A stretch of DNA of 36,216 nucleotides from Alphaproteobacteria bacterium (GTDB taxonomy: Bacteria; Pseudomonadota; Alphaproteobacteria; Rs-D84): the NCBI GenBank assembly GCA_046881895.1, contig JBKSMR010000031.1:1-36216 (forward strand). The letters run 5' to 3'. Shown here one piece after another: positions 17,208 through 25,084 of this stretch. Each line of letters begins with the position of its first letter. The first letter of the stretch is position 1. Both the position numbers and the translations under genes were made by a program. The notes beneath the pieces are model-generated. The model was not told the origin of the DNA, ran no database searches, and worked only from the letters and a program-made list of their open reading frames with translations.

Positions 17208-18179
17208 ATGGCGGATTTTATAGAGATTTCAAAAGTAGAAGATGGAACGCGTTTGTTGCGTTGGTTTTTGCGACAGTTTCCTTCTATGCCACAGCGTGAA
17301 TTTTATAAGTTGTGTCGTGGTGGACAAATTCGTGTAAATTCAAAACGTGTCAAAGGTCAAGAAATCTTGCGTACAGGCGATGCTGTGCGTGTGCCTCCAA
17401 CAGTTATGTCATATGCGGGTGCACGTGTGAAAAAAACAGAAAGTGGGGAACGTTTTTCGCTGGAAGATTTAGAGAAATTGCGTCAATGTATTATTCATAA
17501 TGATGATGATATTGTTGTGTTTAATAAGCCTGCAGGATTGGCTGTACAAGGTGGAACTGGTATCAGAAAATCGGTTGATAAAATGGCTGCCGCATTGTTC
17601 CCATATGATAAGATTTCATTGGTGCATCGTTTGGATAAAGAGACAAGCGGTGTCTTGGTTGTTGCAAAAAATCAACATGCAGCACAATTCTTGGCGGATG
17701 CGTTTCAAAGCAAAAAAGCACACAAAGAGTATTTAGCATTGCTAAATGGAGATGTAAATCCAAAATATGGGACCATAGATAATTTCATGCTAAAAGGCCA
17801 GGTGTTCGATACGCCTGTCAGATTAAATAATGGCACCGGCCCACGACCACAACGTGCAATTACAGATTACAAGGTTTTGTCGAACGCAACATCTGCGTTG
17901 TCGTGGGTGCAGTTTTCGCCAAAAACCGGCCGTACACATCAGTTGCGTTTGCACAGTGCGATTACGTTAAATGCACCGATTGTTGGCGATTCTTTGTATG
18001 GCAGACGTCAAAATGTAGACAGTGTGTTACAGTCTATGTTGTCTACAAATAATTTGTTCTTGTTCGCATACAAGATTACATTTCAGCATCCTAGTACAGG
18101 TCGTATGATGACATTGCGTGCACCAGTGCCTGAATTTATGTTGCCAATAATGAAGTTTTTGGAATTTAAAATGCCATGA
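17208..18179 (+). CDS. rluC: RluA-family 23S rRNA pseudouridine synthase (RluC-like, with an N-terminal S4 domain)
   Basis: 323 aa. The S4-like region reads CRGGQIRVNSKRVKGQEILRTGDAVRVPP. The catalytic motif is HRLDKETSGVLVVAKN. HQLRLH is also present. Confidence 0.82.
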   Translation: MADFIEISKVEDGTRLLRWFLRQFPSMPQREFYKLCRGGQIRVNSKRVKGQEILRTGDAVRVPPTVMSYAGARVKKTESGERFSLEDLEKLRQCIIHNDDDIVVFNKPAGLAVQGGTGIRKSVDKMAAALFPYDKISLVHRLDKETSGVLVVAKNQHAAQFLADAFQSKKAHKEYLALLNGDVNPKYGTIDNFMLKGQVFDTPVRLNNGTGPRPQRAITDYKVLSNATSALSWVQFSPKTGRTHQLRLHSAITLNAPIVGDSLYGRRQNVDSVLQSMLSTNNLFLFAYKITFQHPSTGRMMTLRAPVPEFMLPIMKFLEFKMP

Positions 18180-20269
18180 TTGTACGCAAAAGTTTGTTTT
18201 TTTCGATTGTAAGAATGGTTGCTTTAAGCTTTGTTGGTTTGGCAGTTGCATTGGTTGTGGCGTTAAGTCAGGTCAATTTGGATACGTTACGAGGTAGTAT
18301 TGTTGCAGTACTGCAAGATGCAATAGGAATGCCTGTTCAGGTTGATGGCGATGTGTCTTGGAAATTATCTTTGCGACCAAAAATAGAATTGAATGATGTT
18401 CGTATTGCAAATGCAGATTGGGCGAAAAGTAAATATGCATACAGTGCAGATAAGATAGATGTAAGATTGAATTTGGTGTCGTTGTTTCAGGACAGACCTA
18501 CAATCCAAAATATCAGAATGTATGATGTAAATATCAATGTTGAGAAAAATGAAGCAGGGCAATATTCTATCCCAAAATTTAAGACGAATGTTTCTGATAC
18601 GACAGAAAAAAAATCTCCGGAAAAATATCCAATAAAAGTTTCTGGACTGGGTGGTGTCGAAATTAGAAAGTTAAAAGCCGATGTTTTTGGAAAAAAATAT
18701 AAATTATCTGGATTGAATGTTCGTTTGCTTCACAAAGGCGATAAACGTGAATATTCTGGGTGGATAAAATTTGATGAGGATGTTTCTTCTTTTATCATTT
18801 CTATGTCTGAATATAATCCAGAGCGTAAAATTTATCCGGTGCAGGTTGCTATATCTACGGGCGGAGAGGCCTTGATTGGAAATATTGCCTTGGAAGGCAC
18901 CAGTAAAATGCCGATAGATTTTATTGTAAAAGGTGAGTTGCCGAATGTGTCAAATATTGGAAAGTTTTTCGGGAAAAAAATTTCAAACATAAATAATGTA
19001 AAAGTAAATTTAGCAGGTGGTTTAGATAGAAAAAAAATTACTTTGCGAAAATCGGACGTGAATATAAATGGTACAGAATTTACTGTGTCTGGTATATATG
19101 ATTGGGGAAAAAATATTCCGATAATAGATGTGTATGTTTATTCGCATAAATTTGATTTAACAAAAATATTCCCAAGTAATGGGTTGAAAAAATATGTGCG
19201 TCCTAATCGAGAATTGAATGTGTTCAAAGATATCCCTTTGTTCGGTGAATTGTTTTGGAACAGGGCAGTAGATATAAATGTAGAAATAGATGACTTTATT
19301 ATGTATCGCAACTTGAATATTCAAAACCTGGATTTGGTATTAAAGGCACGAGATAATCGTATCAGGGTTGATTCTGAATTGTCTATTGCTGATGGTAATG
19401 TTGAGTTTGCAATTGATGGCGATGTAGATGGCGACGGTGTTTTGACTGCGGATGTCGGTTTCATGGCTAAAGATGTTTATGTAGGAGAAATTTTAAAAGA
19501 AATAAATAGCTCTGATTTTATATCAGAATTGCCAGTGAATATTGATTTGTATGTTAAAACGCATGGTAAAAATTTATCAGAGGTCATGCAGAATTTGACC
19601 GGACCTGTAAGTGTTTATTCTGTGGGGGCTGGGTATGCACATTCTGAACTTGTTGCCTATATGTATGGTGCGGATTTTTTAACAACGTTGCGACACGGTA
19701 TTCAAGATTTATTTAATTCTGAAAAAAAGTATAACCAAATAAAGATTTCTTGTTTGGCATTGAATGCAAAATTGCGTGATGGCGTTTTTGAAACACAAAA
19801 TGGATTCGCAATCGAGACTAATGCGATAAATGTTCGTTTGGCTGGCAGGTTAGACTTAGGTGGCGAAAAAATGAATTTGTCTTTGACGACGGTTCCTGTG
19901 CGTGGGTTGAAATTGTCGTTGACGGGTAAAGTTGTGAATTCTATCGCTTTGACAGGTAATTTGGCCGAACCTGATATTAAAATAAGTGGTGCTGCTGTTG
20001 CGGGCAAGGTTGCGTCTGCAACGGGAATTGGTTTGCTGCTGGCACCATTGACGGGTGGTTTAAGTTTGGTTGCTGGTGCAGGTATTGGATTGGTTGCCGG
20101 TGATTTGTTGGAAAACTGGTTGGCCGACAGTCATCCATGTAAAACTGCTTTGGAACAAGGTGCTCCGTTGCATCGTGATGACCCTGAATGGTTGGCGGTG
20201 CCTGTGTCGGAACTGTTGGGTAATATAATTCATAAGAATAATCAAGAAAACGGCATTCTTGCGGAATAA
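18176..20269 (+). CDS. AsmA-family outer-membrane biogenesis protein
   Basis: 697 aa. It has an N-terminal TM anchor and an AsmA-like N-domain (LDTLRGSIVAVLQDAIGMPVQVDGDVSWKLSLRPKIELNDVRIAN), followed by a long predicted beta-rich body. An ATGA start/stop overlap with rluC implies translational coupling. Confidence 0.78.
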   Translation: MIVRKSLFFSIVRMVALSFVGLAVALVVALSQVNLDTLRGSIVAVLQDAIGMPVQVDGDVSWKLSLRPKIELNDVRIANADWAKSKYAYSADKIDVRLNLVSLFQDRPTIQNIRMYDVNINVEKNEAGQYSIPKFKTNVSDTTEKKSPEKYPIKVSGLGGVEIRKLKADVFGKKYKLSGLNVRLLHKGDKREYSGWIKFDEDVSSFIISMSEYNPERKIYPVQVAISTGGEALIGNIALEGTSKMPIDFIVKGELPNVSNIGKFFGKKISNINNVKVNLAGGLDRKKITLRKSDVNINGTEFTVSGIYDWGKNIPIIDVYVYSHKFDLTKIFPSNGLKKYVRPNRELNVFKDIPLFGELFWNRAVDINVEIDDFIMYRNLNIQNLDLVLKARDNRIRVDSELSIADGNVEFAIDGDVDGDGVLTADVGFMAKDVYVGEILKEINSSDFISELPVNIDLYVKTHGKNLSEVMQNLTGPVSVYSVGAGYAHSELVAYMYGADFLTTLRHGIQDLFNSEKKYNQIKISCLALNAKLRDGVFETQNGFAIETNAINVRLAGRLDLGGEKMNLSLTTVPVRGLKLSLTGKVVNSIALTGNLAEPDIKISGAAVAGKVASATGIGLLLAPLTGGLSLVAGAGIGLVAGDLLENWLADSHPCKTALEQGAPLHRDDPEWLAVPVSELLGNIIHKNNQENGILAE

Positions 20270-20303
20270 AACCTAATATCTTGTTTTTTACGTTCTTTTG
20301 GTC

Positions 20304-20333
20304 TTGCACCGAATCGGTGTTTTTTGTTACACT
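20304..20333 (+). promoter_or_regulatory. dnaN promoter (TTGCAC-N18-TACACT) with a 13-bp palindrome overlapping the -35
   Basis: cTTGCAC at 20304-20309 and TACACT at 20328-20333. CACCGAATCGGTG (20307-20319) is a perfect inverted repeat around one central base. Confidence 0.4.
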
Positions 20334-20389
20334 AAACACAACGAATGTGGGAAAACACATATATAAGTAAAAGGAAACAGGAGCGTATA

Positions 20390-21508
20390 ATGGAATTTTC
20401 AGTATTTCGTCAGGTTTTGATACGTGCGCTGGGACATATGCAGTCTATTGTTGAAAAGCGTGCAACACTGCCGATATTGATGAATGTAAAATTAGAAGTT
20501 GCAGATGATTTGATTTTATCCGCAACAAATGTTGATTTAGAATTGGTTGAACATGTAGCAGCGGATATCACATTGGGTGGTAAAACAACTGTTCCTGTAC
20601 AGATGTTGTACGATATTGTTCGTAAATTGCCGGATGATGCAGAAATATCATTTAAACAATCTGGTGATCAGTTGGTTGTATCCAGTGGTCGTGCGGTGTT
20701 CCGCTTGCCAACGTTGCCTGCTGAAAACTTCCCTGCAATGGCGGGTAGTAATTTGACTACTAAATTCCAAATGACAACGGGCGATTTAGCACATCTGATA
20801 AATCAGACCAAGTTTGCAATCCCAACAGACGATGTTCGTTATCATTTGGGTGGTATTTATTTCCATATTTCTGATGATAGCGGTGAAACAAAATTGACTG
20901 CTGTTGCAACAGACGCACAGCGTATGGCGTTATGTGCGATGCCTGCACCAACAGGTAGTGCAGAAATGCCATCTGTTATTTTGCCACGTCGTGTAATTGG
21001 TGAATTGTCTAAATTGTTAGAAGATGCCAATGTTGATGATGTAACTGTAGAGTTGTCTGATACCAAGGCTCGCTTTACAGTTGGATCTGCTATTTTAACA
21101 AGTAAGTTAGTTGATGCACAATATCCAAACTATCGCGTTGTTATTCCAAAGGGTAATGACAAGATTGCAATCTTGGATAGAAAGCAGTTTATAAATGCGG
21201 TTGACTTGGTTTCTGTCGCCAGCGTTGATAAAACAAAGTCTGTTCAATTGACTTTCAGTATGAATAAATTGGTTATAAATGCGTCTAGTCCGGATGCTGG
21301 TACTGCGACCCAAGAATTAGATATTGAATATAATGGTGATGCATCGTTTACTGTTGTGTTTAATGTAAAATTCTTGTTAGATGTTGCAGGTCAGGTTCAA
21401 GGTGAAAAATTCCAAATGGAGATGCAGGATCCATTGGCACCAACAAAAATAAACTCTACGGATAAAGATACAGATGCATTATATGTACTGATGCCGATGA
21501 GAATGTAA
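20390..21508 (+). CDS. dnaN: DNA polymerase III beta sliding clamp
   Basis: The track ORF starts at 20345. I prefer ATG 20390 (MEFSVFRQVLIRALGHMQSIVEKRATLPILMNVKLE) after AGGAAACAGGAG. Its length (372 aa) is typical and it ends with the clamp C-terminus YVLMPMRM. Confidence 0.9.
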   Translation: MEFSVFRQVLIRALGHMQSIVEKRATLPILMNVKLEVADDLILSATNVDLELVEHVAADITLGGKTTVPVQMLYDIVRKLPDDAEISFKQSGDQLVVSSGRAVFRLPTLPAENFPAMAGSNLTTKFQMTTGDLAHLINQTKFAIPTDDVRYHLGGIYFHISDDSGETKLTAVATDAQRMALCAMPAPTGSAEMPSVILPRRVIGELSKLLEDANVDDVTVELSDTKARFTVGSAILTSKLVDAQYPNYRVVIPKGNDKIAILDRKQFINAVDLVSVASVDKTKSVQLTFSMNKLVINASSPDAGTATQELDIEYNGDASFTVVFNVKFLLDVAGQVQGEKFQMEMQDPLAPTKINSTDKDTDALYVLMPMRM

Positions 21509-21519
21509 AACAAAAAAAT

Positions 21520-21544
21520 AAAAGCCGTCAAATGACGGTTTTTA
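21520..21544 (+). terminator. Rho-independent terminator after dnaN
   Basis: AAAAGCCGTCAaaTGACGGTTTTT. Confidence 0.75.
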
Positions 21545-21611
21545 TTTTGGCAATAAATTGCAAATTGAAATTTTTATGGTACCCTTGTGACTACAAACAA
21601 AAGAGGAAATT

Positions 21612-22154
21612 ATGATATTAGATGAAATTGCACCAGGTTCAATGCCACCAAAAAAGATGAATGCGATTATAGAGGTTGCCGAAGGTGGATATGTTAAATA
21701 TGAAATTAATAAAGAAACAGGTTTGTTAAAAGCAGATAGAATTTTACATACGCCAATGGCGTATCCTGCAAATTACGGTTATTTCCCTGGTACATTGGGG
21801 GATGATGGCGATCCGTTGGATTGTGTTGTTGTTTGTAATGCACCACTGCGTCCAGGTATTTTAATTGAGGTGCGTCCAATTGGTGCTTTGTTGATGGAAG
21901 ATCAGGCAGGTGGGGACGAGAAAATTATTTGCGTTCCACGCGACAAGGTTGATCCATTTTATACAGATACAGAATTTATTGAACAGTTGCCTGCGATTTT
22001 GCGGTCCAAGATAAAGTATTTCTTTCAGCATTATAAAGATCTGCAGCCGCATGCATGGTCCAAGGTTATTGGTTGGGCAGATAGAGAGGCTGCAGACAAA
22101 CTGATTATGGATAGTATCGACAGATATTGGGCAAATAAACGAAATTCGCAATAA
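21612..22154 (+). CDS. ppa: Inorganic pyrophosphatase (family I)
   Basis: 180 aa. Motifs are IIEVAEGGYVKYEI, YPANYGYFPGTLGDDGDPLDCVVV and DEKIICVP. Confidence 0.93.
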   Translation: MILDEIAPGSMPPKKMNAIIEVAEGGYVKYEINKETGLLKADRILHTPMAYPANYGYFPGTLGDDGDPLDCVVVCNAPLRPGILIEVRPIGALLMEDQAGGDEKIICVPRDKVDPFYTDTEFIEQLPAILRSKIKYFFQHYKDLQPHAWSKVIGWADREAADKLIMDSIDRYWANKRNSQ

Positions 22155-22161
22155 AAAGTTC

Positions 22162-22189
22162 TTGCGTTGAATTTGTTCGTTCGTATAAT
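22162..22189 (+). promoter_or_regulatory. efp promoter (TTGCGT-N16-TATAAT)
   Basis: cTTGCGT at 22162-22167 and TATAAT at 22184-22189, 33 nt before ATG 22222. Confidence 0.4.
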
Positions 22190-22221
22190 CAAACAGTTAA
22201 ATTAAACAAGGGGTATTTATT

Positions 22222-22791
22222 ATGGCGTCTTATATTGCAAATGATATGCGTGTTGGTTGGGTGATTTCACATAATGGTAAACGTTATTCTGTTACATCTA
22301 TTACCAAGGTTAAACCAGGCAAGGGTGGTGCGTTTGTTCAGGCAGACTTGCGTGACATTGACTCTGGTAACAAAGGTGGCGACCGCTGGCGTGCAGAGGA
22401 CAAGGTTGAAAAACTGATGGTTGAAGATTTTGACTGTCAATATCTGTATGCAGACGGTACAGATGCATTCTTTATGAACTTGTCTGATTATGAACAGTTT
22501 ACAATGCCTGTTGATTCATTGGGCGAATCTATGAAATTCTTGGCACCAGAAATGATTGTAAAGGCAAACTTTGTCGAAGGTCAGCCGGTGTCTATTTCTT
22601 TGCCAAAAACAGTTATTGCAATCGTTGAAGAAACAGAGCCTGCATTAAAGGGTCAGACTGTTTCGTCCAGTGGCGGCAAACCTGCGATTTTGGATAACGG
22701 TGTTCGTGTTCAGGTTCCTTTGTTTATCGAACAAGGTGAAAAGATTGTAGTAAATACTGAAACCCTGGAATACGTCGAACGTGCAAAATAA
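22222..22791 (+). CDS. efp: Translation elongation factor P
   Basis: 189 aa. It carries VKPGKGGAFVQADLRD (the KPGKG loop) and a typical three-domain length. Its last codon and stop lie inside repeat-element copy 2. Confidence 0.95.
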   Translation: MASYIANDMRVGWVISHNGKRYSVTSITKVKPGKGGAFVQADLRDIDSGNKGGDRWRAEDKVEKLMVEDFDCQYLYADGTDAFFMNLSDYEQFTMPVDSLGESMKFLAPEMIVKANFVEGQPVSISLPKTVIAIVEETEPALKGQTVSSSGGKPAILDNGVRVQVPLFIEQGEKIVVNTETLEYVERAK

Positions 22792-22902
22792 ATTATAATA
22801 ATTCATCTAAAAACAAATCGGGAATCTCATGTAGCGTTTGTACACTACGATTCCCGATTTGTTTTTATCTAAATCATTCTAATTTATTTTTACCGCTAAT
22901 CG
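22785..22902. repeat. Palindromic intergenic element, copy 2
   Basis: The left flank at 22785-22808 is identical to 5721-5744. A perfect 18-bp stem is formed by AAAAACAAATCGGGAATC (22809-22826) and GATTCCCGATTTGTTTTT (22849-22866). The core is TCATGTAGCGTTTGTACACTAC (22827-22848). The right flank is ATCTAAATCATTCTAATTTATTTTTACCGCTAATCG. Confidence 0.8.
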
Positions 22903-23000
22903 TGAATGGTGTTGGTGGAAATCTCATGTAACGTTATGTACACTACGCCATTACCAACCCGTTTATCTATACCATTATCTTTTATTTTTTACGCTAATCA
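22903..23000. repeat. Palindromic intergenic element, copy 3 (degenerate, in tandem with copy 2)
   Basis: The core is TCATGTAACGTTATGTACACTAC (22924-22946). The arms TGAATGGTGTTGGTGG and TTACCAACCCGTTTA pair only with G-T wobbles and one bulge. The right flank is ATCTATACCATTATCTTTTATTTTTTACGCTAATCA. Confidence 0.6.
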
Positions 23001-23077
23001 CGGACAGGGGATGGCTCTTATAAATTTTGAATAATATCTATCTATCTTTAATAACACAACATAACAAAAATTTTGCC

Positions 23078-23135
23078 ACCACTAACCACCAACCACTAAC
23101 CACTAATCACCAACCACTAACCACTAATCACTAAT
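23078..23135. repeat. 7-nt tandem repeat tract, about 8 units of (T/C)AA(C/T)CAC
   Basis: CCACCAC TAACCAC CAACCAC TAACCAC TAATCAC CAACCAC TAACCAC TAATCAC TAA. It lies between the efp and fba 3' ends. Confidence 0.8.
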
Positions 23136-23146
23136 TTATTTTTTCG

Positions 23147-24088
23147 CTAATATTTGTTTTCGCTGCCCATGATGTTTTTTATTTCGTCGATACATGTTTG
23201 CGTTATTGCAATTTGTGCCTCTCTTAAATAATCGCGTGGGTTAAAGTTGTTTGGATTTTGTGCCAATGATTTGCGAATGCCAGCTGTGAAGGCTAAACGC
23301 AAATCGCTGTCTACATTTATTTTGCAAATATTCAATTTTGTTGCACGACGCAGTTGGATTTCGTCGATTCCAAGGGCGTTCGATATTTTTCCGCCAAATT
23401 CATTTATTGTTATGATTAGTTTTTGTGGAATGTTTGATGCACCATGTAATACCAAGGGAAATCCGGGTAGTTGTGTAGCGATATCTGCTAAAATGTCGAA
23501 TCGCAATTCTTCGGATGCGGTTTTGCGTTTATAGGCGCCATGACTGGTTCCGATGGCGACGGCCAATGAGTCAATATTTGTTTCTTTTACAAATTTTTCA
23601 ACATCTGCTGGATTGGTATATCCGATTGTGCCAAATGTATTTTCGTCTTCGATTCCGCCCAGTGTTCCAAGTTCGGCTTCGACAGACACGTTGTGTTTGT
23701 GTGCAAGTTCAACGACAACTTTTGAAGTTTTTATGTTTTCGTCAAAGGGCAATTTGCTGGCGTCAATCATGACGGATGAAAATCCAAGTTCGATTGCTTT
23801 TTTACAGGTGTCTATGCTTGAACCGTGGTCCAAGTGCAGGGCGATTTGTTCGTGTGGTTGAATGTTTGCACCGCGTATCATCCCAATTAACATATCGCTG
23901 CCCATATATTTTAGTGCGGATTCGGATACGGCCAGTATTATAGGACTATGTGTTTCGCGTGCAGCAGCAAGTATTGCATTCAATGTTTCCATGTTATAAA
24001 AGTTAAATGCAGGTATTGCATAGTTGCCAGCGATTGCGTCGTGAAACATTTGTTTGGTGTTTACCAGTCCCAGTTCTGTATACTTCAT
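23147..24088 (-). CDS. fba: Class II fructose-bisphosphate aldolase
   Basis: The track ORF extends to 24187. I prefer ATG 24088 (MKYTELGLVNTKQMFHDAIAGNYAIPAFNFYNMETLNAIL) after AGAGGA. Motifs are HLDHGSS, GTSHGAYK and PLVLHGAS. The stop codon is TAG. Confidence 0.88.
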   Translation of the reverse strand: MKYTELGLVNTKQMFHDAIAGNYAIPAFNFYNMETLNAILAAARETHSPIILAVSESALKYMGSDMLIGMIRGANIQPHEQIALHLDHGSSIDTCKKAIELGFSSVMIDASKLPFDENIKTSKVVVELAHKHNVSVEAELGTLGGIEDENTFGTIGYTNPADVEKFVKETNIDSLAVAIGTSHGAYKRKTASEELRFDILADIATQLPGFPLVLHGASNIPQKLIITINEFGGKISNALGIDEIQLRRATKLNICKINVDSDLRLAFTAGIRKSLAQNPNNFNPRDYLREAQIAITQTCIDEIKNIMGSENKY

Positions 24089-24243
24089 AAAAATCCTCTT
24101 TGTTGATTGGATTATAGCATATTTTGTGCATTTGTGTGTTAGTTTTTTTAGTGGCTTTCCTTGACAACTGATTAAATTTTGCAACAATTACTACGAATCG
24201 GGGGCCGGACAGAGAAAACGGTAATTTTACAAAGGGTAAAAAA

Positions 24244-24591
24244 ATGAAAAAGACTTTGTTTGTATTGTTTGGTTTGGTTGTTCTGGCCGGTTGTTCATCT
24301 TATGATTATTACAGGGGTGATGTTCGCTATGTTCAAGATGGCGAAGATTGTATCTTTATGTCAACAGAAGCGGGCCGTCGCTATTCAAGCGATATTCGTG
24401 AATTGGACACAGATAAAGAAATTGTATATCGCAACACAATGTGCCGTGATTTGTATTTGAATGACATTGCGGGTCAAATTCAACGCACAGAACGTCAGGT
24501 TTTGACAACTGTTGCACCAAAGGCTGCGGTTAAATCAGATTGCGGTTGCTGTCAAAAAAAGACAACAAAAAAGTATGTTTTTGTAAAATAA
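24244..24591 (+). CDS. Hypothetical lipoprotein
   Basis: 115 aa. The lipobox is VVLAGC followed by SSYDYY. It is Cys-rich (6 Cys after the lipobox). I recognise no family. Confidence 0.6.
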   Translation: MKKTLFVLFGLVVLAGCSSYDYYRGDVRYVQDGEDCIFMSTEAGRRYSSDIRELDTDKEIVYRNTMCRDLYLNDIAGQIQRTERQVLTTVAPKAAVKSDCGCCQKKTTKKYVFVK

Positions 24592-24596
24592 TAAAC

Positions 24597-24620
24597 GAAC
24601 CGCCAATTGGCGGTTTTTTT
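24597..24620 (+). terminator. Rho-independent terminator
   Basis: GAACCGCCaattGGCGGTTTTTTT. Confidence 0.8.
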
Positions 24621-24689
24621 ATTTGTGATTATTATTTGAAATAGGTTGTTTTTTGTGATAGAATAAAAGAAAAGGACAAGAGGTTTATT

Positions 24690-25058
24690 ATGAAAAAACT
24701 TATAAACAAGGTAAATTTTGCAATTGTTGGTTTGATGGCGTCTGCGGTGCCTGCAATGGCGGCATCGTCGTCGACAGATGTTGATTCGGGTATCTGCAAA
24801 CTGGTCGGAAGCTTGGGCGGTTTGTTGGGCACATTGCGTACACTGGCGTTTATTGGTGCTGGGTTCTTGATTGCACAGTGGGCATGGGAATTCATTACAA
24901 AACCGGGCGAAGTTAAACTGGAAAAGTTTAAAGAAAAAGGCGTTGGTATGTTGGTTGGTTTTGTGTTGCTGTTTGGTATCGGTACAGTCATTAGCTTTTT
25001 GATGAGTGCTGCAGGTAAAGCAGGTTGTATCCCAGAATTTGCGACATGGAATGGTTAA
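24690..25058 (+). CDS. Small two-TM secreted membrane protein with VirB2/TrbC (type IV secretion pilin)-like architecture
   Basis: 122 aa. The signal peptide ends in AMA followed by ASSS. The mature part has two hydrophobic helices separated by a charged loop (ICKLVGSLGGLLGTLRTLAFIGAGFLIAQWAW ... GVGMLVGFVLLFGIGTVISFLM), resembling A. tumefaciens VirB2 as I recall it. This call rests on architecture and memory only. Confidence 0.4.
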   Translation: MKKLINKVNFAIVGLMASAVPAMAASSSTDVDSGICKLVGSLGGLLGTLRTLAFIGAGFLIAQWAWEFITKPGEVKLEKFKEKGVGMLVGFVLLFGIGTVISFLMSAAGKAGCIPEFATWNG

Positions 25059-25084
25059 AAAAATCCGGCGATGCCGGATTTTTT
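25057..25084. terminator. Bidirectional rho-independent terminator
   Basis: AAAAAAATCCGGCgatGCCGGATTTTTT between convergent genes. Confidence 0.8.

Noticed and set aside
22911-22918. GTTGGTGG (fitting GNTGGTGG) in repeat copy 3, and its complement in the heptamer tract, as Chi-like recombination hotspots.
   Set aside because: The Chi sequence is lineage-specific and unknown for this organism. An 8-mer resemblance within a G/T-rich repeat is not evidence.
22785-23135. The conserved-block/variable-block alternation as a CRISPR array.
   Set aside because: The variable segments come in self-complementary pairs around a core, so they are not unique spacers. There are only 2-3 units, the conserved blocks are three different sequences, and no cas genes are present.
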